A DNA stretch of 64,000 nt from Saccostrea cucullata (taxonomy: Eukaryota), in assembly GCF_032062105.1 (NCBI RefSeq), contig NW_026931074.1, positions 281,587-345,586 on the forward strand, written 5' to 3'. The notes under the pieces are model-generated. The model worked only from the letters and a program-made list of their open reading frames with translations, made no database searches and was not told where the DNA came from. Within the stretch, counting starts at the first letter, position 1, and each line of letters opens with the position of its first letter. The position numbers and the translations under genes were made by a program. Shown here piece by piece: positions 1 through 11,040 of the stretch.

Positions 1-921
1 TTAAAAAGGCCAGTTTATCTCAGAGAAAATGTAAGTGAGGACAACGTGGCAAACCTTCTTGGAAAATTGTCAATTCCTGAGAGCACATTGCCTCAAGAAA
101 ACAAGAATCATGTCGAGTCCAACCCAGTAAGCATTGCATTCAAACTGCCTTTTTCTGATGCAAGGCATATTTCATATGTCCTAAATAACAGGTTATGGAT
201 AGGAAATGGAGATGGCCAGATTGTTCTCACAGATGATACTGGTGAAGTCTTAGGCAAGATAAACACCGCCCAAATAAATAATCAGCACGGCTGTCACACA
301 GTAACTAAGGAAGGAGATTTACTTTACATCGACCGATTCAACAATAGCATCAAGAAGTATACTTCATTGAGAATGAAAACCACTTTCATTGTCACAGGAG
401 ATTGGACGCCATTATGTATCTTCTCTTCCCCCAAGAACGGAGCTATTCTTGTAGGAGAGTATCAAAGTATGTTGGCTAGAGTAACCCGATACGACAAGGA
501 GCGGGGCGAGCCGTGGTCGATTCAGTTTGACGCCGAGGGTAATCCTCTTTATCAATCCCCTCTTTACATTACAGAAAACTTGAACGGCGATATCTGCACG
601 TCAGATGGCTGTCCAAATAACGCTGTGGTGGTGGTGAACAAAGACAGGAACCACCGGTTCACGTACAGGGGACACGAAGGAGAATCCAATTTCTACCCCC
701 GGGGAATATGTATCGATGATCAGGGACGGATTCTAGTCATCAATGAGCATAACAGTATCCATGTGATTGATCAAGATGGTCACTTTGTAACTTTCTTGCT
801 CACAAAATGTGAAAAGACAGGACTACAGTATAACGTTGGAATATGCATAAATGAAAGCAACACTCTTTGGACATGCGGAAAAAATGAAGTGAGAGTTTTC
901 AAACTATCTGATGTTATGTGA
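1..921 (+). CDS. 3'-terminal coding exon (partial at window start) of a TRIM-NHL-like protein; NHL-repeat beta-propeller C-terminal domain; stop TGA at 919-921
   Basis: Frame 1 is open from base 1 (LKRPVYLRENVSEDNVANLLGKL...), so the listed ORF 46..921 is truncated by the window. Repeated NHL-like blades (DGQIVLTDDTGEVLG, GAILVGEY, GDICTSDG, GRILVINEHNSIHVIDQDGHFV) match the TRIM2/3/71-type NHL domain that is much expanded in bivalves. Confidence 0.6.
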   Translation, partial: LKRPVYLRENVSEDNVANLLGKLSIPESTLPQENKNHVESNPVSIAFKLPFSDARHISYVLNNRLWIGNGDGQIVLTDDTGEVLGKINTAQINNQHGCHTVTKEGDLLYIDRFNNSIKKYTSLRMKTTFIVTGDWTPLCIFSSPKNGAILVGEYQSMLARVTRYDKERGEPWSIQFDAEGNPLYQSPLYITENLNGDICTSDGCPNNAVVVVNKDRNHRFTYRGHEGESNFYPRGICIDDQGRILVINEHNSIHVIDQDGHFVTFLLTKCEKTGLQYNVGICINESNTLWTCGKNEVRVFKLSDVM

Positions 922-1502
922 AACAAGAAAAGCCGCTTGTTTGAAAGAAGTAAATACAGTACATGTATTACTCACTTGGCGTAACTTGATACTAGATACC
1001 AGTACTACATGTATATAAAATACTAAATATATACTTCTTTTAAAAAAGAAAAGTGTTTAAAGCTCCTAGGGAGAATTTTTTGCCATTTGCCATTTCTAAA
1101 GAAGTCAGGGAAGGTCTGTACCAACGGTGTCTGCGTCCAAAGTTGAAGTTTTTGGAGCAGTTTTAATTTTTTGGTCCTAATTATTAATCAGGGTGTTTGG
1201 ATGATGGATGTAGAATATTTCATTACTCATGCAGGTTTCAACTTTCACTTTTAGCCTATATTAATTCTGTTTATTTATTTGGAGCAGGTTTCGTACTTAT
1301 TAGCTCTTCTGAGCCAAAGGCTTAAAGAGCTAATGCTATAACCATTAATTTGTTCATGTATGTTAACTTACTTTTTTTTTATATACATGTATATATATGG
1401 ACCATATTTTATGAACCCTTTGGTTGATTTTTGTAAAATTTCTCACAGAGTATCCTTGGCCCAAGGACTCTCGTTTTAGTAAAACTAAGGACGTGGTCCT
1501 TA

Positions 1503-1513
1503 CAAAGGGGGGG
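1503..1513. repeat. G11 homopolymer run
   Basis: ggggggggggg seen directly. Confidence 0.9.
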
Positions 1514-2749
1514 GGGGGATAATTAGGAAAACAACATAAATACTGGTTGCTGAAAAAACCTTCTCGAGAATGAAACGTATGGAGATAACGAACAGTATTC
1601 AAGATCGAAAGTCCATAAAACAACACAAAACAGGAGCAGAGCAAACACCGATCTCCAAAAAATCAGAGAAGGGATCAGGTGCCATGGAGGAGTGAGCATC
1701 CCCTGCCGACCGGTCACACCCGCTGTGTGCTCTTTGTCATGATCAGGAAATATTGGAAAAAATCCATCGTCAATTCAGTGTATAAATAATGGACTAACAA
1801 TTAGTATGAAAAACGTCAGTCAGCGTTTGACTCAATGATAAATTGTATTTGCTGACAAGGTCATTGTATCGACCATAGAACTTACGAAATGATGACCTTT
1901 TAAATAGTCCAGTCAAACTGTCATAAACCTTAAACAAATTGCAACAGAAATTTTTTCTTTAATTATAATTAGTAAATAGTATTCTAATTAACATATAAAA
2001 ACTCTAGAAAAATATATAAAAGCAAAAGATGTCTTTTTTAGAAATAAATATTTATGAGTTTTTTAAAAAAAGTTATAGCAGAAATGTGCTACCGTATGCA
2101 TCAAGGGAGACAATTTTAACCACTGTAAAAACAAACCTCTTTTCATTTTAAACAAGCAAAATAAATTTAATAATTCATTTTGTATACATTCCAGGGTTTA
2201 AATTTCACCTATTTACTGAAGATATAAGACTTGAGAATTTTATGTATGTCTAAATGTAGTTTTAACTTCTCCTTTACTAGATGATTGAAACATGAGGGGA
2301 AAAATCTATGGAGAGTCATTAGTGGTTTTATTGCAACATAAAAATATTTTATGAGCTAAAAGTTAAACTTTTGTTGTTTGACTTTGTTTAAAGATTTTTT
2401 TCTTCTTTAGAATGTTGATTCTATTAGTGAGATCTACTTTGCTAGTAAGAATACATGTAATATAGATTAGGACATCTTAAAAAAAATGTTTGGTTGCCCT
2501 CTCCTGACCGACTGACTAAAATGGCCTGTCTCAAAATTTTATTTTACATTCCAGGACATGATATTTTTTATCCCTCTTATCTCGTCAACAAATATGTTGA
2601 AATTTTCTGGAAAATGGATTTTCCAAATAATTTTACCCTGAGTCTGGAGAAGCATTTGTTTATTAAATTGTTTACAGTATTGCATTAAACAAGAATTATT
2701 TATAAGATGGTCTTAATCTTGACCTGTGTGTGTGTGTATTCAGTATTGT

Positions 2750-3420
2750 GTGTGTGAACAGGACTAAGCCTTTCGTATTCATATGTAATCCTTGTGAGAA
2801 GACCTTTCATTGGATACCAATAACTTTTACCCTTTGACCTTGACCTTGGAGATTAAACTACTTTTAAAAAGTTTTAACCTTGGTCACAACTTTTAAACAG
2901 TAGATACTAGGACTTTTATATTTCACATATGTATTCCTTGTGGCAAGACATTTCATTGGATACAAACAACCTTGACCTTTTGACCTTGACCTTGGAGATT
3001 TACATCCTTATGTGACCATAACTTTTGAACGGTGAGGGCTATTTCTTATGTAACTTTTGAAAGACCTTTTATGGATACCAACAACTTTGCCCTTTGACCT
3101 TGACATTGGAGAGTCACAACTTTTGAACGGTAGATACTTGGTCTTTTATATTTCACATATGTATTCTTTGTGGCAAGTCCTGTCATTGGATATCATAACC
3201 TTTTGACCTTAAAGGAAAAAACTTTAACCTTGACCATAACTTTTGAACAGTAAGGGAGAGGGCTTTCATACTTCACATAGGTAATCCTTGTGAGAAAACC
3301 TTTCATTGGATATCAACAACTTTGACCCTTTGATCTTGACCTTGGAGTTGACCTACTTTTAAAAAAACTTTTTACTTTTGGCCATAACTTTTTAACGGTC
3401 AGGATTAGGGTTTTTATCTT
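2750..3420. repeat. Tandem repeat, about 5-6 copies of a roughly 110-170 bp unit rich in TGACCT direct repeats (ttgaccttgaccttggag)
   Basis: Recurring blocks ttcacatatgtattccttgtggcaagacatttcattggatac...gaccttgaccttggag...cataacttttgaacggtag seen directly. Confidence 0.7.
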
Positions 3421-4445
3421 TAAAAAAAAATCAACTTCAATGTTACTTTCGAAATTGTAAGATTTTCATATATTTTTTAAGAACATATCCTATGATGTAA
3501 TAGATTCGTGCATTTCAGCTTTTTAAAAACGACATAATATTTTCGACTTATCCAAATTACAGCAGTGCATGAGGGATATTTTTCAGGAGACCTCGGTTCA
3601 TAGGTCTCATCCAAAGGACCCAGATCTGTGTATTGTATTTTGTTTTACGCCCTACTCGAGAACTTATTATTAGTAAATAAAAATTATCCAAAATACACAT
3701 GCATATAGGAAACGTCATTAAAAATACTACGTAGTGTATTTTCCTATAACAGTAAGTAAAATTTATCATTTAAAACTGCAAAGAACATTTTAATTGTCAT
3801 AAGAAAGACTCTATGCCACAGATAAACAGCGCTAGTTTGTTTGATTGTTGTTTAACATCCCTCTCGAGAATTTTTCAGCATTGTGTTGACGTCTTAATGC
3901 ACTTGTATGTGGAGAGCTGCAAAATATGTCCTTTACTCGGACCTCGGTTTATAGGTTTCATCCAAAGGACCTTGTTCGGTTGATTGTGTCTTTCTACGCA
4001 CCGCTTGAGAACTTTTTACTTAGATAAAAACTTCACCATATACCAAAGGGCTTCACATTTAGACTTTTACTCGGCATTAGGGCCATTGAGCAGTGAGGGT
4101 TTTTTATCATGCCAACGCCTACCTGTAACATGAAACTGTCTCATCCGGAAAACCTGCAATGTTTACTTCAAAGTGCCAAGAGCTTAATTAAAAATGTGAT
4201 ATCCCCCCCACTACCACACACACAATTACAAAATAAATCTGAAAGAAAATAAAAACTAGCAATGGACATTATATTGAATACAGCGAGAAGCAATTCGAAT
4301 CCTACATTGAGGTTAACATTTATAGGAGAGGAACCAGTTCCAGTTTCAAGATAATCATTCCATGGCATCTTCAGTGGATTTTATTATTTTTTTTCCTTTT
4401 ATATCTTTAATGTTTCAAATACAATGGGAGGATCTGATTCAGGTT

Positions 4446-5666
4446 TTACTTAACTATAGATATAACGTATTTCAAATGAATGTCACTTGTGTATGCATTG
4501 CTATAAAGAAAGATATGTCGGGGAGGGAAGCTGAGCCCCCTCTTTCTGAGATAAGGGAAGTTGACGATAGAAAAGTTAAAGTCATCACGTTTATCATAGA
4601 GCTTGGTTGCTAGATTACTATTAACCTCTTTTTCAAGTAATATATCCAAGTATGAAACAGATTTGTCAGACACTGTGGTATCTTTTATCTCAAGTTCCCC
4701 AGGATATATCGTATCGACATAGGAATGGAAATTACCATTGTTAATTGACAATAAGTCGTCGATATATCTAAATGAAGGCCACAGGAAGTGTTTCCTTCTT
4801 TTCACGCATAAGCTTTGCACAAATGAATACAAAAATAGGCTGCTAATAACGGAGCGCAATTGGTACCCATGGGGATTCCAATAGATTGTTGGAAGAATCT
4901 TACAAAAGAACTTACGACTAAGACTATCTGTCTATAACTTTCTCACTTGCATTTAATTGAAAATGGTTTTAAGTTTTTAAAAAGGAATGTAAAAAGATAT
5001 TTTTAAAAGAGCAATTTTGTACTCAATCATTAATTTTGCAAAATTTTACAATCAACTTTTAAGTTTTGGGGCTTAGTCGTAAGTTTGTTTGTAAAACGGG
5101 CCCCTGGTCTCCAAAAACCACATAGATATTGTCAATCAGAAACTCAAGCATCTTTTTGATTACATCTTCAGAGTACTTATGTGTGCAATCAGAATATGTT
5201 TTAACAAAATAATTTTGCAAATGACCAATGACCAGGTAAGTAAATTTATGAGTTCCATTTTTATTGAAAAAGCAGCTGTCAATGATATAAAAAAAGCCTG
5301 GACTTTAATTTATCTTGGGGAATGGTTGTGTTTAAATTTGAAAAGTCGTTTGTTTTTAAGCTGTTGATTTTGGTAAAAATCTTGTGATTTCAAATTGTCC
5401 AAAAGTTCTTTGGAATTTTTGAGTATCCACATCCGATTCACACCACTTCCTTAATATATTGTTGCACAGTACTCTTGAAGTTTCTCCTTCTCTACTGTTA
5501 ATATCTTAGTGAGGAGTAAAGAAAGAGGCTTGGTTAAACATTTACTGGAACCCGCAATGTATCTTTGTTTGTAAGGATTCTTATGAAGTTTTGGAATCCA
5601 ATATATATATGGTAGTTCAAAATCATTTTGGTTCTTTGTGATATTAAAAATATTCAAAACTGACAT
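4446..5666 (-). mobile_element. Degenerate Penelope-like retroelement (PLE) reverse-transcriptase fragment, with frameshifts
   Basis: Minus-strand ORFs are colinear with PLE RT motifs: IPKLHKNPYKQRYIAGSS (GLPKIHK-type N-terminal motif, 5451..5666), FRYIDDLL (YxDD, about 4770) and LYDKRDDFNFSIVNFPYL (YRK..T...YL.F.S.HP-type motif, about 4560). Confidence 0.5.
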
Positions 5667-6613
5667 ATGATTTTGAAGAATTGCTTCCTTAGAAAGGGAA
5701 CTATGAGTATAAGTTGAATTACCACTTGTAGAATTAAATCCAAGTTCTTCTAAAATACAATTTATATAATGAGCCTTACAAACTAGACTTACAAAGAATC
5801 TAAGTGCAGATTATCACCAAACTAACATACAGGGATGAGGATTTGTTGTACAGTAAAAATTGTTCAAGGCATCATCCTGGGGCGAAGGGCGCAATATCAA
5901 GGTCACTTCAAAGTTCACAAAATATTTTGTTTTGTTAAAACTTTTGACCCCCCTGAGCAGTAAACTGAAGTAAGCTTTTCTGATCATCAATTGTCCTTCG
6001 TCCATCTGTCTGTAAAATTTTCACATTTTCAACTTCTTGTCGAGTACCACTAAGCCAATTTTAACCTAAATTAGTATAGCATCCTTGAGATGGGAGTTTA
6101 AATTGTTAAAATGAAGGGCCAAGCCCCTTTCCTTTGGAAGAAAATCATGGGCCTCTTGTTGATTTCTACAAGGAATAGGATCATCAAGTCTTGTCAGTTG
6201 ATGCATCTGAGGACCTTATATCTTGACACAAAAGTAGGTCACAGTGACCTTCTTTTTGAAATTTGCAGGCATTCAATTTCAAATTAATTTATAGGCATAT
6301 TTTGGACATTTTAATGCTTATGTTCATCAAACAGTTGTTGCGTCTGATGTCTCTGATGTCCTTGATCCTCAAAGGAGGTCACATGGCCTATTTTATTTTG
6401 ATTCAATGGCTAATCTTTTTTTCTTAATATATATTTAAGGTCATTATTTCAGATAATGAGATATTTATAGTTATCAAGCTTTTTAATTTTTTTTAATTGA
6501 AACTTTCACACATATTACAAGCATATGTAAAAACTTCTGTATGAATATATGTACAAACAAAATCAGACAACACTAATTATAGTTAAAACTTCAAAATTAG
6601 TGTAAAAGTTTAT

Positions 6614-7205
6614 TAAGAACAAGCTAATTCAGAGAATTCGTGTCCCCCGCTTAGGGAAAAAGTCGGATCCCCCTGACTGAATTTGTAGAATTATTAAATG
6701 TATACATGTATACTGAAGCAAATAAAATACATGTATGTCAATATGCATATAAAGATTTGCCTGCTTATTCTTTATTATGTGTATAGAAGATTCTTTTTAT
6801 ATGGAATATTTATCACACTGTAATGATGATTTCATAACCTCATAAATTTTTCATTTCACATGCTGAATACTATCATTTAGTAAAAAAAAAAAAGAAAAGT
6901 ATTTTTAAAAAAAACAAGCTAATTCAGAGAATTCGTGTCCCCCGCTGTGGGAAAAAGTTGGCTCCCCCTGACTGAATTTGTAGAATTATTAAATGTATAC
7001 ACTGTCATGTATACTGAAGCAAATAAAATACATGTATGTCAATATGCATATAAAGATTTGATTGCTTATTCTTTATTATGTGTATAGAAGATTTTTTTAT
7101 ATGGAATATTTATCACACTGTAATGATGATTTTATAACCTCATAATTTTTTCATTTCACATGCTGAATACTATCATTTAGTAAAAAAAAAAGTATTTAAA
7201 AAAAA
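6614..7205 (+). repeat. Two tandem copies of an about 295 bp A-tailed repeat (third copy at 31670-31935)
   Basis: 6614-6910 and 6914-7200 are near-identical (acaagctaattcagagaattcgtgtcccccgct...tttagtaaaaaaaaa); the same unit recurs at 31670-31935. Confidence 0.8.
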
Positions 7206-8875
7206 AAAAAGAAAGGATCGACCGAGATTCGATCCCAGGACCTGTCGCACTTGAAGCGAGGAAATAACCACCAGACCACGGAATCGCTTTACACGGTAGG
7301 AAGTATATGCAGAACTGAAGTCACATACATGTATATATTCATGTTTTCATGTTCGGTATTCTCAAAATTTTACACAATCCATGGTGTATGATCTATTTAG
7401 CCTTTATTAAACAGTTCTAATAGATGTAATAAGAACATAAAGTCCGCCGAGAACCTGTTTTATACGCAATAACTCTCCCTGCGCTAAAAATAGCGACATG
7501 TAATACTATAAATACTAATAAAACAAACGGGGCGGGGCACTTTGAGAGGGGCGAGAGACGTCCTAGGGAGTTGTATAAAATTACATTGCATAAGACCAAA
7601 ATCTTCTTGAAATATCGCCCGGAAATGATAGTATTACACACAGACAGAATGTATAAATTTACGACCTTGAACTTTGACCTTTGACCTCAAAATCAATAGG
7701 GGTCTTCATTAGGCCACAGGGAGTTGTTATATAAAATTTCATTGCAATAGCTCAAATGGTTCTAGAGATATCGTGTGGAAACGAAAGTGTTTTAACAGAC
7801 AGAATTTGCTTATTTATGACCTTGACCTTTGACCTTTTGACCTCAAAATCAATAGGGGTCTTCTTTAGTCCATAGGGAGTTGCTATGCTAAATTTCATTG
7901 CAAAAGCTCAAAGGGTTCTCGAGATATCATGTGGAAACGAAAGCGTTACAGACAGACAGAAAGACGGACGGACGGAGGGACGGGCGGACGGACAAACCCA
8001 AATTAATATCCCCCACTTTTCAAGCGGGGGACAAAAAAAAAACGATCGTTCGAGATTCGATCCCGGGACCTATCACATGTGAGGCGAGAGACATACCACT
8101 AGACCACGGAATAGCAATACATTGAGTCAAGTATATGCAGAACTAAAGTCACATAAATGTATATATTCATGTTCGGTATTCTCAAAATTTTACACAATCC
8201 ATGGTGTTTGATTTATTTAGCCTTTATTAAACAGTTCTAATAGATGTAATAAGAACATAAAGTCCACCGAGAACCTGGTTTATACGCAATAACTCTCCTC
8301 ATGCCCCTGTGCTAAAAATAGCGACATGTAATACTATAAATACTAATAAAACAAACGGGGCGGGGCACTTTGAGAGGGGGTGAGAGAGGTCCTAGGGAGT
8401 TTTGGTATAAAATTACATTGCATACGCTCAAAATCTCCTTGAAATATCGCCCGGAAATGATAGTGTTACACACAGACAGAATGTATAAATTTACGACCTT
8501 GAACTTTGACCTTTTGACCTGAAGATCAATAGGGGTCTTCATTAGCCCACAGGGAGTTGTTATGTAAAATTTCATTGCAATAGCTCAAATGGTTCTAGAG
8601 ACATCGTGTGGAAACGAAAGTGTTATAACAGACAGAATTTGCTTATTTATGACCTTAACCTTTGACCTTTTGACTTCAAAATCAAAAGGGTTCTTCTTTA
8701 GTCCATAGGGAGTTGCTATGCTAAATTTCATTGCAAAAGCTCAAAGGGTTCTCGAGATATCGTGTGGAAACGAAAGCGTTACAGACAGACAGAAAGACGG
8801 ACGGACGGACGGACGGACAAACCCAAATTAATATCCCCCACTTTTCAAGCGGGGGACAAAAAGAGAGGGAGGAAG
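7205..8875. repeat. Two tandem copies of an about 830 bp composite repeat. Each copy has a tRNA-like segment, two about 130 bp subrepeats (TGACCTTTGACC), a (GACAGACG)n microsatellite and a CCCCCACTTTTCAAGCGGGGG hairpin. A partial third copy lies at 31951-32570
   Basis: 7211-8040 is near-identical to 8040-8870. Read on the minus strand, the segments at 7211-7290, 8046-8110 and 31951-32040 show D-loop-like GTGGTNTAGTGGTTA, an anticodon-like loop TTCAAGT and T-loop-like GATCGAATC, but no pairing acceptor stem. Confidence 0.75.
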
Positions 8876-8899
8876 AGATTATTTTAAGTTGATGCATCT

Positions 8900-10580
8900 T
8901 TGGACTTTCAAGATATTTATTATCAAAAAGTAGGTCACAGTGGCCTATTTTTAGCTCTACTGGTCAGAGACCAGAAGAGCTTATACGATAGTAAGGTGTC
9001 CGTCGTCCGTCCGTCTAGCTGTCTGTCTGTCTGTCCGTCTGTCTGTAAACAGTTTTTCAAAACGCTACTCCTCCTACAGTTTTGGTCTGATTTTAATATA
9101 ACTTGGCACACAAGTAGACTACACTAAGATACATAAAATAGTGCATCTGTTTTTGATTTCGATGAACGGTGTTGTCATGGTTACTAAAAATAGAATTTTC
9201 TGTGAAATTCCTTTAAAATGCTACTCCGTCTACAGTTTTGGTCTGATTTCAATATAACTTGGCACACAAGTAGACTACACTTAGATACATAATATAGTGC
9301 ATTTGTTTTTTTTGATTTCGATGAACAGTGTTGCCATGGTTACTAAAACAGAATTTTCTGTGAAATTCCTTTAACACACTACTCCTTCTACAGTTTTATT
9401 CTGATTTCAATATAACTAGGCACACAAGTAGACTACACTAAGATACATTAAATAATGCATCTGTTTTTGATTTCGATGACTGGTGTTGCCATGGTTACTA
9501 AAAATAGAATTTTCTTTGAAATTCCTTTAAAATGCTACTCCTCCTAGTTTTGATCTGATTTCAATATAACTTGGCACACAAGTAGACTACACTAAGATAC
9601 ATAAAAGTGTGCATCAGTTTTTGAATTTGATGAACGGTGTTGCTGTGGTTACTAAAAATAGAATTTTCTGTGAAATTTCTTTAAAACACTACTCCTTCTA
9701 CAGTTTTGGTCTGATTTCAATATAACTTGGAACACAAGTAGTCTACACTAAGATACATTAAATAATGCATCTGTTTTTGATTTCGATGAACGGTGTTGCC
9801 ATGGTATCTAAAAATAGAATTTTCTGTGAAATTCCTTTAAAACGCTACTCCTTCTACAGTTTTGGTCTGACTTCAATATAACTTGGCACACAAGTAGACT
9901 ACACTAAGATATACATCGATTTTTGAATTTGATGAACGGTGTTGCTGTGGTTACTAAAAATAGAATTTTCTGTGAAATTTCTTTAAAACGCTACTCCTTC
10001 TACAGTTTTGGTCTGATTTCAATATAACTTGGCACACAAGTAGACTACACTAAGATACATTAAATAGTGCATCGGTTTTTGAATTTGATGAACAATGTTG
10101 CTGTGGTTATTAAAAATAGAATTTTCTGTGAAATTCCTTTAAAACGCTACTCCTTCTACAGTTTTGGTCTGATTTCAATATAACTTGGCACTCAAGTAGA
10201 CTACACTTAGATACATAATATAGTGCATTTGTTTTTTTGATTTCGATGAACAGTGTTGCCATGGTTACTAAAAATAGAATTTTCTGTGAAATTCCTTTAA
10301 CACACTACTCCTTCTACAGTTTTGGTCTGATTTCAATATAACTTGGCACTCAAGTAGACTACACTAAGATACATAAAATAGTGCATCGGTTTTTGATTTC
10401 GATGAACAGTGTTGCCATTGTTACTAAAAATAATAATGTCTCTTGAAATTCCTTTAAAACGCTACTCCTTCTATAGTTTTGGTCTGATGACAATGGCTTC
10501 TTTTCTCATCCTTTGTTTTAAATACAAACCAGTAGAGCTACAGTCTCGACAGAGACTTCTGGTTTAAATTTTGCAGGCAT
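8900..10580 (+). mobile_element. Helitron/Helentron-like nonautonomous element carrying a satellite array. It has a hairpin end (CTCTACTGGTCAGAGACCAGAAGAG), a (GTCT/GTCC)n microsatellite at 9001-9050, about 9 tandem copies of a 164 bp satellite (9050-10500, Cg170-like) and a second hairpin end (ACCAGTAGAGCTACAGTCTCGACAGAGACTTCTGGTT)
   Basis: The 164 bp period is seen directly (gctactcct...ttcctttaaaa recurs every about 164 bp). Microsatellite plus array plus palindromic termini fit the tandem-repeat-carrying Helentron derivatives known from oysters. Confidence 0.6.
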
Positions 10581-10589
10581 CTATCACAC

Positions 10590-11040
10590 TTTGTCAGTTG
10601 TTGCATCTTGGGTCCTCAACAAATGGCAGCTAAAAAGTAAGTCACGGTGGACTAAAGTATATCAGGAACTTATTGGCTTAGAATCATCAGACTTTGTCAG
10701 TTGAGTCATCTTGCATCCTTGGAGTATATCAACTGAAAAGCAAGTCACCAGACCTGCTGTTGAAATTTTATGGCTATATTTATACATTGTATACTTCATG
10801 CATTGATTGGCTTAGAATCATCAACACTTTGTCAGATGATGTATCTTGAGTCCTCAGGGTACATGTATATGCTAACTGAAAAGTAAGTCACCATTACCTA
10901 CTTTTAAAATGTTTTGGCTATATTAAAATATTTCTGGTACCAATTGGCTTAGAATCATCAAACTTAGTCAGTTGATGGGTTCTCAGAGTTGGTCAAGTGA
11001 AAAGTAGGTCACCATGAGATCACTTGATAGGGACATATTG
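10590..11040. repeat. About 4 tandem copies of an about 130 bp unit (ttggcttagaatcatcagactttgtcagttgatgcatcttg...aaaagtaagtcacc), related to short copies at 6180-6260 and 8880-8950
   Basis: Periodicity seen directly. Confidence 0.65.

Noticed and set aside
7205-7295. tRNA-like segments at 7211-7290, 8046-8110 and 31951-32040 as real tRNA genes
   Set aside because: The acceptor stem does not pair and the T-stem has mismatches. The three copies sit at the same position inside a dispersed repeat, so they are tRNA-derived repeat sequence, not functional tRNA genes.
7950-8000. (GACAGACG)n / (GTCT)n runs at many places: 7950-7990, 8790-8820, 9001-9050, 15975-16050, 35640-35665, 39795-39850, 46270-46350, 56930-56980 and 61095-61125
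   Set aside because: These are simple-sequence microsatellites attached to the ends of the satellite-carrying elements, not independent features or coding repeats. The listed ORFs rich in DRQTDGQTD (15917..16126, 7885..8125) are translations of these runs.
7417-8575. Six-frame ORFs 7417..7641, 8312..8575 and 32220..32495 ([14 protein letters not shown]...)
   Set aside because: They recur almost identically because they lie inside copies of the 830 bp composite repeat. There are no splice or coding signals and the composition is low-complexity.
9000-10500. A regularly spaced repeat array that could look like a CRISPR array
   Set aside because: The unit is 164 bp with no unique spacers and the whole unit is repeated. 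It has eukaryotic satellite features, a reverse-complement copy at 15150-15960 and flanking microsatellites. The host sequence is clearly eukaryotic, with spliced genes.
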